Source: Octopus sinensis (taxonomy: Eukaryota). Taken from it: a DNA stretch of 64,000 nucleotides. The position numbers and the translations under genes are program-made. How positions within the stretch are numbered: the stretch's first letter is position 1; each line of letters opens with the position of its first letter. Positions 26,584-40,209 of this stretch are shown one piece after another. Where the stretch lies: assembly GCF_006345805.1 (NCBI RefSeq), contig NC_042997.1, positions 144,956,001 to 145,020,000 of the forward strand, read 5' to 3'. Under the pieces are notes generated by a model. The model was not told where the DNA came from. It saw nothing but the letters and a program-made list of their open reading frames with translations, and did not search any database.

Positions 26584-27009
26584 GGATCTTTTCGGTTTGA
26601 ACGGCAGTTTTTAAAAATAATTTCCACGTAACTAAACACTTTTAAACTTCGTATACTGGTAGAATGTGTTTATAAAACATCTTTTTCTCTTAGCTTTATT
26701 GAGAAAATTCTATAGTTTGTAAGATACTTGTTGCTTTTTTTTCCTTCATTTTCTGCAATTTCAACCAATCAATGACGTCTATTGAGGTGAAAACATTCTG
26801 TGCCGTATGAATATGTTCCTCGTTTAAGAAATAGATTGGGTTTATTTACATTTCTGAAGAAAAAAAGATACCCTTCCCCCCACCCCTAACCCTAACCCTA
26901 ACCCTAAAACAGATTGAAATACAATAGATCGATACTAGGGTCATAATTATGGGTGATAATTTCATATGACACCGCTAGAAAAAAACTGCCGTTCAAACCG
27001 AAAAGATCC
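26584..27009. mobile_element. MITE with 29-bp perfect TIRs, 8-bp TSD and internal (CCCTAA)4
   Basis: TIR GGATCTTTTCGGTTTGAACGGCAGTTTTT; TSD AAACAAGG at 26576-26583 and 27010-27017. Confidence 0.9.
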
Positions 27010-27598
27010 AAACAAGGTACCCTGAATGAATACCTAAGTATTATCATTAAAATAGTTCTATAATGATCCTCGGCATCTTGCAAATGCATTTGTGTAACAA
27101 TGGGATAATGAAAACATATTACGTGGATTGTTATATTCTAAGGAAAGAAGAGCGGACAGCTCAAGACATTGTTATACGTATTTCAGTAACGTAGTCATTT
27201 ATTTAACAATGTGTAATACGTTGTAATTTTCGCATTGTTGTATAAATGGCGACACTATTGTAGCGCGGCTTCTTGTTTCTGCTGAAATCTACAAGTTTTT
27301 TTTTCATTCTCTCTTAGTTTATTCTCTCTTATTCTCTTCTGTTGAAGTCCGTAGGCTCGAAAAGACTTCATTTTTCCCGAGCGTCAAACTAATACATTTG
27401 TTTGTTGTTCATACATCTGTCTTCATCTTTTGTTTACACAAACGCACACCACACACATACACACGCACAGGAATGCACAATTACCTAACCCACACAACCC
27501 CATGCACACACAGACACACATACCTATACACACACACGCACACACACGGAGTAACGTACATTTACTCCACAGACACACGCGTACACACATATATACAT

Positions 27599-27637
<39 letters not shown>

Positions 27638-28127
27638 CACGCATTGTGAAAAATTTTACGTCAAAAGATAAGATATTGAATAACTATTGCCACGTAAACT
27701 GTTCTAGAATGTCGGCGGGAATTTTTATTAAGCATCCAGTTTTTATTTGAACTTAAGCACAATATGTAACAGTATACGCAGCCGTTTTATTGTTTGTTAT
27801 AAATTATGATTGATTACTTCAAGAGATGTGATATTTTCCTGTTCTTTGTGTTAGCTCTTCTATTCTATATATTTTTCCTCTCTTTGTATTAAAATTTTTA
27901 TTTTTTTTATTTTTCGGCGATAGAGAAAAAAAACAGGTTTTTAAATTCCGTGCAAAAATACGACTTTTCATCAGAATTTAAACAACATCGATTACGTAAT
28001 TGTATGAATGTATTTGCACGTGTATATATATATGTGTATGTATGTATGTATGTATTATGTAATGGGGAATCAAAAGATTCTGGAATTGATTTTGTAGCAC
28101 ACTTCCACATGTATCAGGTAAACAAGG

Positions 28128-28557
28128 GGATCTTTTCGGTTTGAACGGCAGTTTTTAAAAATAATTTCCACGTAACTAAACACTTTTAAACTTCGTATAC
28201 TGGTAGAATGTGTTTATAAAACATCTTTTTCTCTTAGCTTTATTGAGAAAATTCTATAGTTTGTAAGATACTTGTTGCTTTTTTTTCCTTCATTTTCTGT
28301 CTGCAATTTCAACCAATCAATGACGTCTATTGAGGTGAAAACATTCTGTGCCGTATGAATATGTTCCTCGTTTAAAGAATAGATTGGGTTTATTTACATT
28401 TCTGAAGAAAAAAAGATACCCTTCCCCCCACCCCTAACCCTAACCCTAACCCTAAAACAGATTGAAATACAATAGATCGATACTAGGGTCATAATTATGG
28501 GTGATAATTTCATATGACACCGCTAGAAAAAAACTGCCGTTCAAACCGAAAAGATCC
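28128..28557. mobile_element. Second copy of the same MITE, within the tandem duplicate
   Basis: Same TIRs and same AAACAAGG TSD. Confidence 0.9.
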
Positions 28558-29164
28558 AAACAAGGTACCCTGAATGAATACCTAAGTATTATCATTAAAA
28601 TAGTTCTATAATGATCCTCGGCATCTTGCAAATGCATTTGTGTAACAATGGGATAATGAAAACATATTACGTGGATTGTTATATTCTAAGGAAAGAAGAG
28701 CGGACAGCTCAAGACATTGTTATACGTATTTCAGTAACGTAGTCATTTATTTAACAATGTGTAATACGTTGTAATTTTCGCATTGTTGTATAAATGGCGA
28801 CACTATTGATAGCGGGCTTCTTGTTTTCTGCTGAATCTACAAGTTTTTTTTTCATTCTCTCTTAGTTTATTCTCTCTTATTCTCTTCTGTTGAAGTCCGT
28901 TAGGCTCGAAAAGACTTCATTTTTCCCGAGCGTCAAACTAATACATTTGTTTGTTGTTCATACATCTGTTCTTCATCTTGTGTTTAACAACGCACACACA
29001 CACACATACACACGCACAGGAATGCACAATTACCTAACCCACACAACCCCATGCACACACAGACCCACATACCTATACACACACACGCACACACACGGAG
29101 TAACGTACATTTACTCCACAGACACACGCGTACACCATATATACATACACACACACACATATAT

Positions 29165-29315
29165 ACGACGCTCTTCTTTCAGTTCCCGTCTAACAAATCT
29201 ACTTACAAGGCTCTGGTCGGCCTGTGGCTATAGTAGAAGGTGCCACACAGTAGGTCTGAACCCGGAACATTGATCGGGAAGCAAGCCTCTTACCACACAG
29301 CCAGGCCTGCGCCTA
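29165..29315 (-). mobile_element. Family B SINE, 5' part
   Basis: Reverse strand AGGCGCAGGCCTGGCTGTGTGGTAAG... Confidence 0.75.
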
Positions 29316-29319
29316 CATA

Positions 29320-29361
<42 letters not shown>

Positions 29362-30145
29362 TATGTGAGTGTGTGTGTGTGTGTGTGTGGTGTGTGTGTG
29401 TGTGTGTGTGTGTAAATGAGCGGAAATCGAACCGTTGAGTGTGTAAATTAATAAGGCATTAAAACAGAATGACTCTCCCCAGACATAATAAAATATGTTT
29501 CAACACACGATTCACATAAAGAATCTTGCAAACCAAATAAAAAAAAAACGAAATATGTATGTATGTATGTATGTATGTATATATATAATGAGGGAAAAGC
29601 CGCTAGTGTAAGTGTACAACAGATTGAAAACCAGATTAGTACTAAGAAGCTCTAAACTCTTAATTTCAACTTCCTAATCTGGGTGAAAATAATTCTTAGT
29701 GTTAGCAAGAATTGACTCGAAGAACTGTGTAATGCAAGAGATAGACAAACATGTATTTTTGGCGTCATATAATTTATTTCATTTATTAAAAATGTTATAT
29801 AAATATCATATAAACATAGCTATAAATATGAACGTTGAAGCAAAAATATATTCTTAAATAATCCTTTACCTCTGCAATCAGCACTACAGGGAGTATCTGA
29901 AAATATTATGTGAGAATTGAGATTTTCTCTTTAACAAACAGCGGGACGCAATTTTATTTTGTAGACATCGATTTTTTAAAAGGTTTACTTTTTAGCATAG
30001 ATGAACATCTATGTTAGCTGTTCAATCACCTTAGATAACTAGTAACCTGTATATCAACCTAATACACATCCCTGTTCTAGCTTATAATATGTTCTTTCCT
30101 ATCTGTTTTACAAGTATATACTGGGCCTATTATACTTATGACACA

Positions 30146-30365
30146 AAGGCGGTTACCTGGCAGAATCGTTAGCCCGCTGGACGAAATGGTTAGCAATATT
30201 TCGCCCGTCGCTACGTTCTGAGTTCAAATCCCACCGCGGTTGACTTTGCATGCCATCTTTTCAGGGTCGATAAAATAGATACCAGTTGAACACTGGGATC
30301 GATGTAATCGACTCACTCCCCTCTCCCCCACCAAAAAAAATTGCTGCCTTTGTGGTAAAAGTTAG
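30146..30365 (+). mobile_element. Family A SINE (alternative 3' end)
   Basis: GGCGGTTACCTGGCAGAATCGTTAGC...GAGTTCAAATCC...GGGTCGATAAAA. Confidence 0.75.
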
Positions 30366-30559
30366 AAACCATTATTCTTATGACACCTTAAACTCTTTAA
30401 AATTCTATTTTCTGCGTTATATCATAGATACTTTCACTGTCCGTTCTTATTACATTATCTCTTTTGCCTTTTCTTCCTCTTTTTCTTTTTCTTCTCTTAT
30501 TTTCTTGTTTCCCATTCTTTGATTCTTTACATTTTCACTAGAGCTTCTGCCTCGTATTA

Positions 30560-31010
30560 TCTACATGGTTGGACGCTTATACGTAAGGCTACCAAAAGAT
30601 CAGTTGCCACCCACTGAGAAGGGAATGCCTGGATGCTTTCTTCTGTTCTTTTGTTTACTTCATTCATTCCTTTCTTATAATGAATGCAGTTTGATCTTCC
30701 GTCTCCTATATTTCCATCAAACTTTGTTTCATGACGTATCTTGACTAGTGGGATTCCTTCTAACTGTCTGTAGCCCTGTCGTGTTTTCTCTGCTCTTTCT
30801 TCCACTTTTTCCTTTTTCCTTCTTTCGTTTTACTACACGTATGTCTCCTGTAATCACCCTATCCCGCACTTTTCTTACACCTTCTCGCAATATATTTCAC
30901 AACCTTTCTACCTATTATTCTTACTACCTCTCCATCACTAACTCACCTTCCCTTCGTATGTTTATTGATGTTTTCATGGTCTTAAGTACTGGCTTACTGC
31001 CATAAGAATC
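30560..31010 (-). pseudogene. Possible heavily decayed RTE-type APE endonuclease fragment
   Basis: VITGDIR and GRSNCIH...IQAFPSQWVATDLLVALRI resemble APE GDFN and SQID...SDHRLLVA motifs. Confidence 0.4.
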
Positions 31011-31519
31011 GCATTTTCCCATTCCGTCTGAAGAAAAAACTTGGCGCTTAATGCCTTCGGCTTAAATATATTGATGTTTCATGTTTATGTGCTGATAATA
31101 ATTTCTACTTCTTTGATGTGTATTATTGCATGATACACATTAGTGCATCAAAACGTCACTGAATCTTTGAAACAGCCGTAAAGAACTATCTAGAAAAATA
31201 TTTTTGCTTTGAAAATTATATCTATGATTATGTTTATATACCATCTTTTATAAATGATATCGTACTATGTATATAGATGAGTGTCCGTCTTTTGCCATAC
31301 ACACACACATGCACACACACACACAGATACGCTATAAATGCTGGATTGATGAAGTAAGGATCGGTAAAAAAGAATAATAATAATAATAATAATAAAATAT
31401 AAGAAGAAGAAGAAGAAGAAGAAGAAGAGACGAATAGAAGAAGAAGAAAAAGAAATAAGAAGAAGAGAGAAGAAGAAGAAGAAGAAGAAGAAGAAGAAGA
31501 AGAACAACAACAACAACAA

Positions 31520-34172
31520 TAACAACCATGGGCGAAACGGCGCATCGAAAGGGACATAAAGCAAGTAAGGCAAGATCTAGGGAAAATTGAGCAATGGTTA
31601 AGAGGAAACTGGAAAAATGGGAAAAAGACCGACCGAGAAAAATTAGAGGAGAAATATGAAATACGGAAGAACGGCGTGACAAAAGTCAGATCAGAAGATT
31701 TGTGAACAAAAATAAGCAGTTCGAGGAGAACAGATTGTTCAAAAACAACCCGAAGCAATTCTTCCGAACGTTATAAGGAAACAGTGGGGAATATGTTGCA
31801 CCTGATGCAAATCAAGCCAAGTAGTTCTGGAGTGGATTATGGGGAAACGATGTAGTGCATAAAAGTGATGCAATGGTGATAGGAACTATCAAGAGAGAAT
31901 TACAAGAAGGAAAGAAACTAAGGAATATTATCATAAGCACGGGTGATGCGAAAGAACAAGTGTGTAAGGTGTCTAACTGGAAAGACCCCGGACCAGATGG
32001 GATTAATGGCTTCTGGCTGAAGAGATGCCACGCGGTGCATGAAAGACTAGCAGCCCAATTGAATGAGTGTGTCCAGAAAGGTACCATACCCGTGTTGATG
32101 GTGACTGGGAGGACAACACTTGTAATGGAAGACAGAAGAAAGGGGAATATTATGGGAAACTACCGTCCCATAGCATGCCTAAACATAATCTGGAAGATAC
32201 TCACTGGAATATGGGCGGCAAAGACATATACTTTCCTGGCACAGAAATGGATACTACCAAGGGAACAATAAGGACGTAGGAAGAGTTCTCAGGGTACCAA
32301 GGATCAGCTGTCATCGATAAAACAGTTTTGAGGCATTGTAAAAAAACATCATACAAACACGCCTATGGCTTGGATTCACTTTAAAAAGGCATATGATATG
32401 GTGCCTCATTCTTGGGCCATTGAATGCAGATGTTTGGTGTTGCTGACATCACAAATTTTCTGATGCATAGCATGAAAGAGGAGAAAACCAAATTGTACTC
32501 AAGGAATTTATTTCTTGGTGAAATTAATATCAAAATTCGTTTTCTCCGTTACTTTTTGTAATTGCACTAATACCCATAACAATGACACTTAGGAAAGTTA
32601 AGATGGGTTACCTATGTGGGAAGAAAGGCCCATCATTGAACCATCTTCTGTTTATGGATGTCCTGAAATTGTTCGAGAAATCTGAAAAACAGACAGATTC
32701 TTTAACCAAAACAGTCCAGATGTGTAGTAGGGACATCGGTAGAGAATTTGGGATCATCAAATGCTCAGTACTTAATATGATAAGAAGGAAGAAAGCAGCC
32801 TGCAGAGGATTGCGGTACCATCAGGAGAGACCATGGGTGAACCCGACGGTAGTGGGTATAGATATTTAGGGATTTTGGAGCTGGATGATATTCTACAGAG
32901 AGAAATGAAAGTCAAGGTCAACGAGGCGTATCAAAAAGGGTGAAGATGGTGTTGAAATCCAATCTGAATGCCAAAAATTTGATTACCGCAATGAATATCT
33001 GGGCAGTTGTGGTGGTCAGATATAGTGCGTCCGCCTTCAAATGGACTAAGGAAGAAATTTCAACACTGGTTAGAAGGACAAGAAAGTTGACGCTGCGTGG
33101 GGCGCTACACCCTAAAACAAACGTAAACATACTGTATATGAAAAGAAAGAATGGTGGCAGAAGACTAATTGGTATAGAACATTGTATTAATGGTGAAAGG
33201 AGAACACTTTCCGAGTATTTGATAAATAGTGATGAAGACCTGCTGCAATATGCCGCGAAAGATATGGATGTAAATGCAGATGAAATGATGGGCTAGGAAC
33301 AGTCTAACCAAAGAGCTGAGGAAAAGAGAAAAGAAAACCTTGAAATGAGAGTGCATGGACAGTTTGAAAGGAATACATAAGACGTTAAGGATACTACAGT
33401 ATCGTGGACATGGCTTGAGCGAGGTGATTTGAAGCGTACCAGAGAAGGCCATATCATTGTTGCACACGAACAGGCTCTCGTTACCAATTCAGTGAAGTAT
33501 AACATCTAGAAAACTTCTGACGCCCAGAAATGCAGACTCTGTGGAGTGTGGAAAATGTGACCCACTTGGTAAGTGAATGTGAGAGCTTTGCACAAAAAGA
33601 ATACAAGCGCCGCCACGATAATGTGTGTGTGTATCTTCATTGGTTCTTATGCCGCAAATACCAATATGAAGTAACAGAGAACTGGTATGAGCATGTACCA
33701 AGTAAATTTATGCAGGAGGATGGGAAAGTAACGATTCTCTGGGACTATGATTTTCAGACGGATCGTGTAATCGAACACCGTCGGTCGGAAAGTGTCATAT
33801 TGAATAAGAGAGACAAATACTGTCAGATCATTGATGTAACCATACCAAATAACATGAATGTTGTGAGTAAAGAGGTTGAAAAACCACCAAGTACTCCGAA
33901 TTGAAAGTGGAATTGGCAAGATTGTATGGAATGCGAGAGGGTAATGTAAAAGTGATACCAGTGGTGGTTGGAGCGTTGGATTCAATCCCATTGAAACTTC
34001 AAAGCTTCTTAAAGTAACTGGAAATCCCATGCAAGATTGATGTCTTGCAAAAAGCAGCCTTATTGGGCACAGCACACATCTTAAAGAAAGTATTATCTGT
34101 CTGAGGTCCTTGTTGTGACTTGACAAATGACTAAAGACTCCGGTGCATTTTTACCTACACTGTATTACGGAG

Positions 34173-34173
<1 letters not shown>
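31520..34173 (+). mobile_element. Long decayed R4/Dong-clade element (RT, CCHC, RLE)
   Basis: NWKDPGPDGINGFWLK, NYRPIACLNIIWK, NHLLFMDVLKLF, RHDNVCVYLHW, ILWDYDFQTDRVIEH; between (AAG/AAC)n and (AAT/GAT)n arrays. Confidence 0.9.
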
Positions 34174-34269
<96 letters not shown>

Positions 34270-34547
34270 AAATCCAATAAAATAAACAACTACCACAACA
34301 TGTATTCTACAGGCCGGATTTCCCACAGAAGAATACAACTCTCATTACACACAGAACACACAATACAAACACAAATACAGCAAAAACTGAAACCAGACCC
34401 CAGAACGAAACTAACTGACGCAATAAAATGCCGGGAAGAGTTTGCACTCCCCCGACAGCAAAAAAGAACGCACAATGCTGCACACAATCCAACAACACGG
34501 AAGTGTAGCAAGTGATGCAATAGAAATCTGATAGAAACTATCAAATG

Positions 34548-34603
<56 letters not shown>

Positions 34604-34734
34604 CTACAACAACAACAACAAAACAAGCAAAACGGATCAAGCAGACTGCAAAAAAGAATGGGTGGAAATAAACTGAGGAGCGGTGGTGCTAGAAGTCCCT
34701 ACATGGTCTGTATATTCTTCGAAGTTGAATAATA

Positions 34735-34767
<33 letters not shown>

Positions 34768-34889
34768 GTTTCATTTATTTGCTATGAGGGAGAAAGATGG
34801 TGGGGACAATACAGGGACAAACATAAAGTGTGGGGGTTACATATAATAATGAAATGATAACTAAAATAATAATAATAATAATAATACCC

Positions 34890-35820
34890 AAAGAGAGCGA
34901 ATAATGCAGATATTGACAAAGCCCTGACCCATCAATGGCTAATGGCCTCTGGCTTAAAATCTGAAACAGAAGGGTTTATCATAGCAGCTCAAGATCAATG
35001 CCTACCAACAAGAAACTACCAGGCCAACATATTAAAGAACGGCAGTAGCCCAACATGTCGTGTATGCCGACAACAAAATGAAACCATTGATCATGTTGTC
35101 TCCAAATGAAGTCTTCTAGCGCCTACAGAGTACCTCAACAGGCATGATAGAGCTGCACAATATATTCACTGGGTAATCTGCAAAAACCTGGATTTGCCCC
35201 ATGAAAAAGACTGGTGGGAACACAATCCACCTCCAGTGCTTGAAAATGACCACATCTCACTCCTCTGGAACTTCACCATCCAAACTGACAGAAAGATAGA
35301 TGCAAATAGGCCAGACATCATATTGAAAGACTTCAGACAAAGAACATACCTCCTCATTGATATGACTGTCTCAATCGATATAAACGTATCTGTCAAGACC
35401 TACCAAAAACTGAGTAAATATAAAGATCTTGAAATAGAAATCAGCAAAATGTGGAACCTGAAGACTAAAACAATACCTGTTGTCATAGGTGCCCTGGGAA
35501 TGATAGCGAAAGGGGCTGATCGCTACCTAACTCAGATACCAGGAAACCCCAAAATGGCAGAAATTCAAAAGATAGTGCTCATGGGAACTGCTCATATCCT
35601 ATGCAAAATACTCTCTATGTAATCTCAAGGTTTAAAACAAACTTTTTTTTTTAATTTATGTATTAGACATTCACTAGTACAACACCCCCCCCCCCCAAAT
35701 ATATGGCACACTAGGCATAACAACAACGTGAACTTCCAACCTGTTGTCTCTTGAGGTCTCTAGGTGAGACTTGTAGCCAACTTGTACAGACATAAAGCAA
35801 AAGTCAAACAAACATAGAAT
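34890..35820 (+). mobile_element. R4/Dong-clade 5'-truncated element with an open RLE frame (35194-35622)
   Basis: LLWNFTIQTDRKIDANRPDII...LIDMTV...KLSKYKDLEIEI; (AAT)n on both sides. Confidence 0.9.
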
Positions 35821-35994
35821 AATAATAATAATAATAATAATAATATGTTTCTTTATTACCTACAAGGGGCTAAACATAGAGGGGGCAAACAAGGACAGAC
35901 AAACGATTTAAGTTGATTACATCGACCCCAGTGCGTAACTGGTACTTAATTTATCGACCCTGAAAGGATGAAAGGCAAAGTCGAAAATAATAAG

Positions 35995-36489
35995 ATTCCC
36001 TGATGCAGTACCAGGCAGTGGCTCCCATGGCATTTGGTCATAACTGATTGGAAGTATTATCATGTACATTGTTTTGTCTTGGTATAAAAGATGGACTACA
36101 TCAAATATTCTACTCAATACCACAGATTTGTTGTCAGTTGCTTTACCTTAAACAATTGAGGATGTCCTTTAGTGGCTGACAATCTGGGCATCGCTGATCA
36201 CGTACAAAAGTACTGGCGGAGAATCTTTGGGGTTTGAATAATTCAGGTATCTTTTGAGTGGGATGGGCTACTCAACCTGAAGAAACTTTTAACTGGACCC
36301 CAACCGCAAGGTCATGCGCTGTTTATCTTCATATAAGATCACCATGGTTGTGATCTTATTTCACGCACTAATGGTTGTGATGCATATGCCTGGTGCACCC
36401 GTATCAAACGGCTAGTCATGATGAGTATATTGAGCTTCGTATATTTGTACTTCGGTGTCACTTTGATGGCATGCGCTGCTCTTTCACTC
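35995..36489 (+). mobile_element. About 0.5-kb (AAT)n-associated repeat, copy 3
   Basis: Reverse complement of copies 1 and 2, with internal deletions. Confidence 0.8.
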
Positions 36490-36524
36490 AATAACAACAA
36501 CGACGATGATGATGATGATGATGT

Positions 36525-36563
<39 letters not shown>

Positions 36564-36899
36564 GATAGCAGAAGGTTGTAGTTGTGGCAGCAATTCCAGT
36601 GGTAACAATAATACATAAAAAAGAAACAATTGATAAAAGTATTGATGATTAAAAATGAAAGATGAATATACTTTTAAAGGTAAAAGTGGCGAAAGGAAGA
36701 ATTGAGGATTAATAGATGATACGGGCAGAGGGGAAGATGGATTGTAGAGGAAGAATTAGTGGCTTAAAGGTTACGAGTTTCAAATGTTAAAGAACAGAAT
36801 ATGTTAAAAGGTTAAGAACTGTAATGAATATGACTGCACAGGCTATAAGACAGGTGTGGTACTTCTTATAAATGGGGAATTGTCTAGGAGGTAAGTGGG

Positions 36900-37285
36900 A
36901 AGACTTCGTTGGAAGGGAGGTGGAAAAATAGACAAGAAGATGATGAGAAGAAGGAGGAGGTGGAGGTGGAGGAAGTGGCGGAGGAGGTGGAAGTGCAGGT
37001 GGTGTGGGAGGAGGAGGAGGAGGAGGGGAAGGGGTGGAGGAGGAGGATGTGGTGGTGGTGGTGGTTGAGAATGATGATGATGAAGATGATGATGAGGTGG
37101 TGGTGGTGGTGGAGGAGGAAGAGGGTGGAAGAGGAGAATGGGTGGAGGAGGAGCAGGAGGAGAAGGAGGGATGGTGGAGGAGGAGAAGGGGTGGAGGAGG
37201 AGGATATGGTAGTGGTGGAGGAAGAGGATCAGCAGTAGCAGTAGAAGAAGAAGAAGAAGAAGAAGAAGAAGAAGAGACATGATAT
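36900..37285. repeat. Purine-rich (GAG/GTG/GAT/GAA) low-complexity tract
   Basis: Direct inspection; the overlapping ORFs are repeat translations. Confidence 0.9.
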
Positions 37286-38167
37286 TTGGGAAAAATATGA
37301 AATTAAAAGAAGGAAATGAATGGTTAAAATACGTTATTGTGGAATAATGATATTTGTACAACAAAAGACACTAGAGATAGTGAACTGTGGGAGGAGCTCA
37401 AGGCGTCTGTGTATAACGAAAATTAAGGTACGTCGAAAATAACAAATTATATAAATAGAGATAATCGACGTTATCAGATTGCAGATGAATAATTTAGAGA
37501 AAACAAAGGTATAATATAGAGAAAATAAAACGTGAAATATCTGAAGAATAATAAAACGTAAATACAATAAAATAATAATTGTTTAAAGACAGTATAACTG
37601 TGCCGGAAAAAAAGACGATAATGATACAAAACTATCGTAAATGGAGATAAAGATGTATGTGAAAAATTGCAAGGATATATAGCAAAATGCACAGAAGAAA
37701 TGTGAAATGTCAGAGGTATGTGCTATTGAAGATAAAGTATTGGTTTGATGTTCTCGTAAGTTTTAAAAGTTTTAAGATTGCAGAAAGACTTACAGAACGG
37801 CTGCTGAGTGGAGGGTCCTTGGTTTGTACAATCTTGAACTTTTCTGCAAAACATAGTTTGCATGGTTTTTTATCAGAACTTGACTGAAAGTAAGTGTCTC
37901 CCATTTTTATGCCCTCTTTCATATGTTTCAAACATTAGATTGCGGTCATGCTGGGGCACAGCCTTGAAAAATGTTTTGTCGAATGAATCGAGGCCAGTAT
38001 TTATTTTATTTATTTATTAATTTTTTTTGAAGCCTGGTAATTATTCTACCGGACTGTTTTGTTGGATCGCTAAGTAACAGGGACGTAAAAAAACCAATAC
38101 ACATGCACACACACGCGCACACACACACGCTCACACACACACATTCGATGTACATGTGTATATATAT

Positions 38168-38297
38168 AAGACGGGCTTCTTTCAGTTTCCGTCCACTCAC
38201 AAAAAGACACTTGCCAAAGGTACCACGTAGTGGGACCGAACCCAGAACCATGTGGTTGGTAAGCGAGCTACCTACCACACAATCATGCCTGCGCCTA
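38168..38297 (-). mobile_element. Family B SINE, 5' part
   Basis: Homologous to 23012-23365. Confidence 0.75.
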
Positions 38298-38742
38298 TGC
38301 GCCCATATATATATATACATATATATATTATTTATTATATATATATATATATATATTGTATGTATGTATGTATGTATGTATGTATGTATGTATGTATGTA
38401 TGTATGTATGTATGTATGTATAGTTATTTTCAGAACAACACTGACAGATCCGGCCAATGAATATATAGTAATGCTCAAATTATTACGTCACCACTCGCTC
38501 GAGATTGTAGATCAAGAAGCAACGAATTATGAGTCAGCTCTGAATAATCAAATAAATACTAACACAGAAATATAGACAGAAATATGCTTATATATAATAG
38601 ATATATGCATGTATGATGTGTGTGTGTGTGTGTACTTATGTCATACATGCATACATATCTTCCGATATCTGGTAAGACATATGGAGATAAATCTGAATGA
38701 CATTGTGATATATAGATATGAATATGTGTGTGTGCATATATA

Positions 38743-38807
<65 letters not shown>

Positions 38808-38911
38808 TATATACATATATGTATATGTATATATATAGTATATATATATATTGTGTGTGTTTGTATATACGTATGTATATATGTATGGTAGGTAAAACAT
38901 CTCTCTCTGTC

Positions 38912-38942
<31 letters not shown>

Positions 38943-39730
38943 GGGGGGATAGACATTTATATTTCCATTTTAAATATGTAGTTTTAAAGGAGACACTTAA
39001 GCCTTCGGTGAAGATTGTTTTGCGTTAAAATCCATGTTAAAAAAAAAAACAAAAATACCTACGTGTTCAGTTTACTGCGTTATCGGAATTTCAGCACGCC
39101 GGAGAATCGCCTCAGGCCCAAAGTTTATGAGTCACATACACTCAATCGAGGCAGGAGAATCTACGAAATGGATTTTATTGCTAATTCTGATATACAAATT
39201 GTCATGTGAAAATGTGAATGATTTATTATAAATACGGCGTGGCAGTGTAGTAAGTAGTTTGCATCCTAACCACATGGTTCTGTGCTCAATACCAATGCGT
39301 GGCGGCTTGGTGTTCCATTTTAGATCCGGTTTGACCAACGTCTTGTGAGTGGATTTTGTAAAGAGCAGCTGTGTGGAATCCCGTCGTAGTTGTATTCTTT
39401 TACTTGCTCCATTTGTTTGACTGCGGCCAAGCTGGAGCACCGCCTTAAAGGATATTTTAGCCGAAGAATCAACTTCAGGATTTATTCTTTGTAAGCCTAG
39501 TAGTTATTCTATCGGTCTGCTTTGGCCAACTGCTAGATTACGACGACGTAGACACACCAGCATCGGCTGTGAAGTGATAATGTTGTAACATTCACAGACA
39601 CAAAGACATACAGGTATAAATATATTAATAGGCGGCAAGCTGGCAGAAACGTTAGTAAACAAGCTACTTACCACACGGCCACTCCTGCGCCTATATATAT
39701 ATATTGAATTATTTTATTGTTTTTATCTTT

Positions 39731-39811
39731 CACCTGAAGAGTGGCTATATTTAAATTGAATTGATTTTACTGTTATCAGTTCTTAAATATAGCCACGAAA
39801 TACGTGTAGTC
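39731..39811 (+). ncRNA. Type I hammerhead motif with a 13-bp stem II, intact core
   Basis: CAC-CTGAAGA-GTGGCTATATTTA-[30 nt]-TAAATATAGCCAC-GAAA-TACGTG-TA-GTC; stem II perfect; stem I weak (2 bp, then a mismatch); U.G at the base of stem III. Confidence 0.7.
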
Positions 39812-39958
39812 ATTTTTCCAATTATATACGTTTTATTTGTTATTTTGTAAAATTACCTCATCAATGGTATACGTTTTTATCTTATATTTAATTTTTTTCT
39901 AGATGGTATAATTTAAGCTTTTCATTGTTGAATTGATATAAAAGGTGTTTTTTTTTAA

Positions 39959-40053
<95 letters not shown>

Positions 40054-40176
40054 TATGATATATATGTATATATATATGTATTATATATATACATATATAT
40101 CTACATATATATATACATACATCTACATATATACATCTATATACACATATATATCTATATACATATACATACATGG

Positions 40177-40209
<33 letters not shown>

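Larger units (their letters stand above)
26097..29165. repeat. Two-copy tandem duplication, period about 1544 bp
   Basis: GCATTGTGAAAAATTTTACG starts at 26097 and 27641; copies are near-identical apart from small indels. Confidence 0.95.

Noticed and set aside
31100-31180. CTGATAA...hairpin...GAAACAGCCGTA, possible decayed long-stem hammerhead
   Set aside because: Core mutated and stems I and II cannot be closed convincingly
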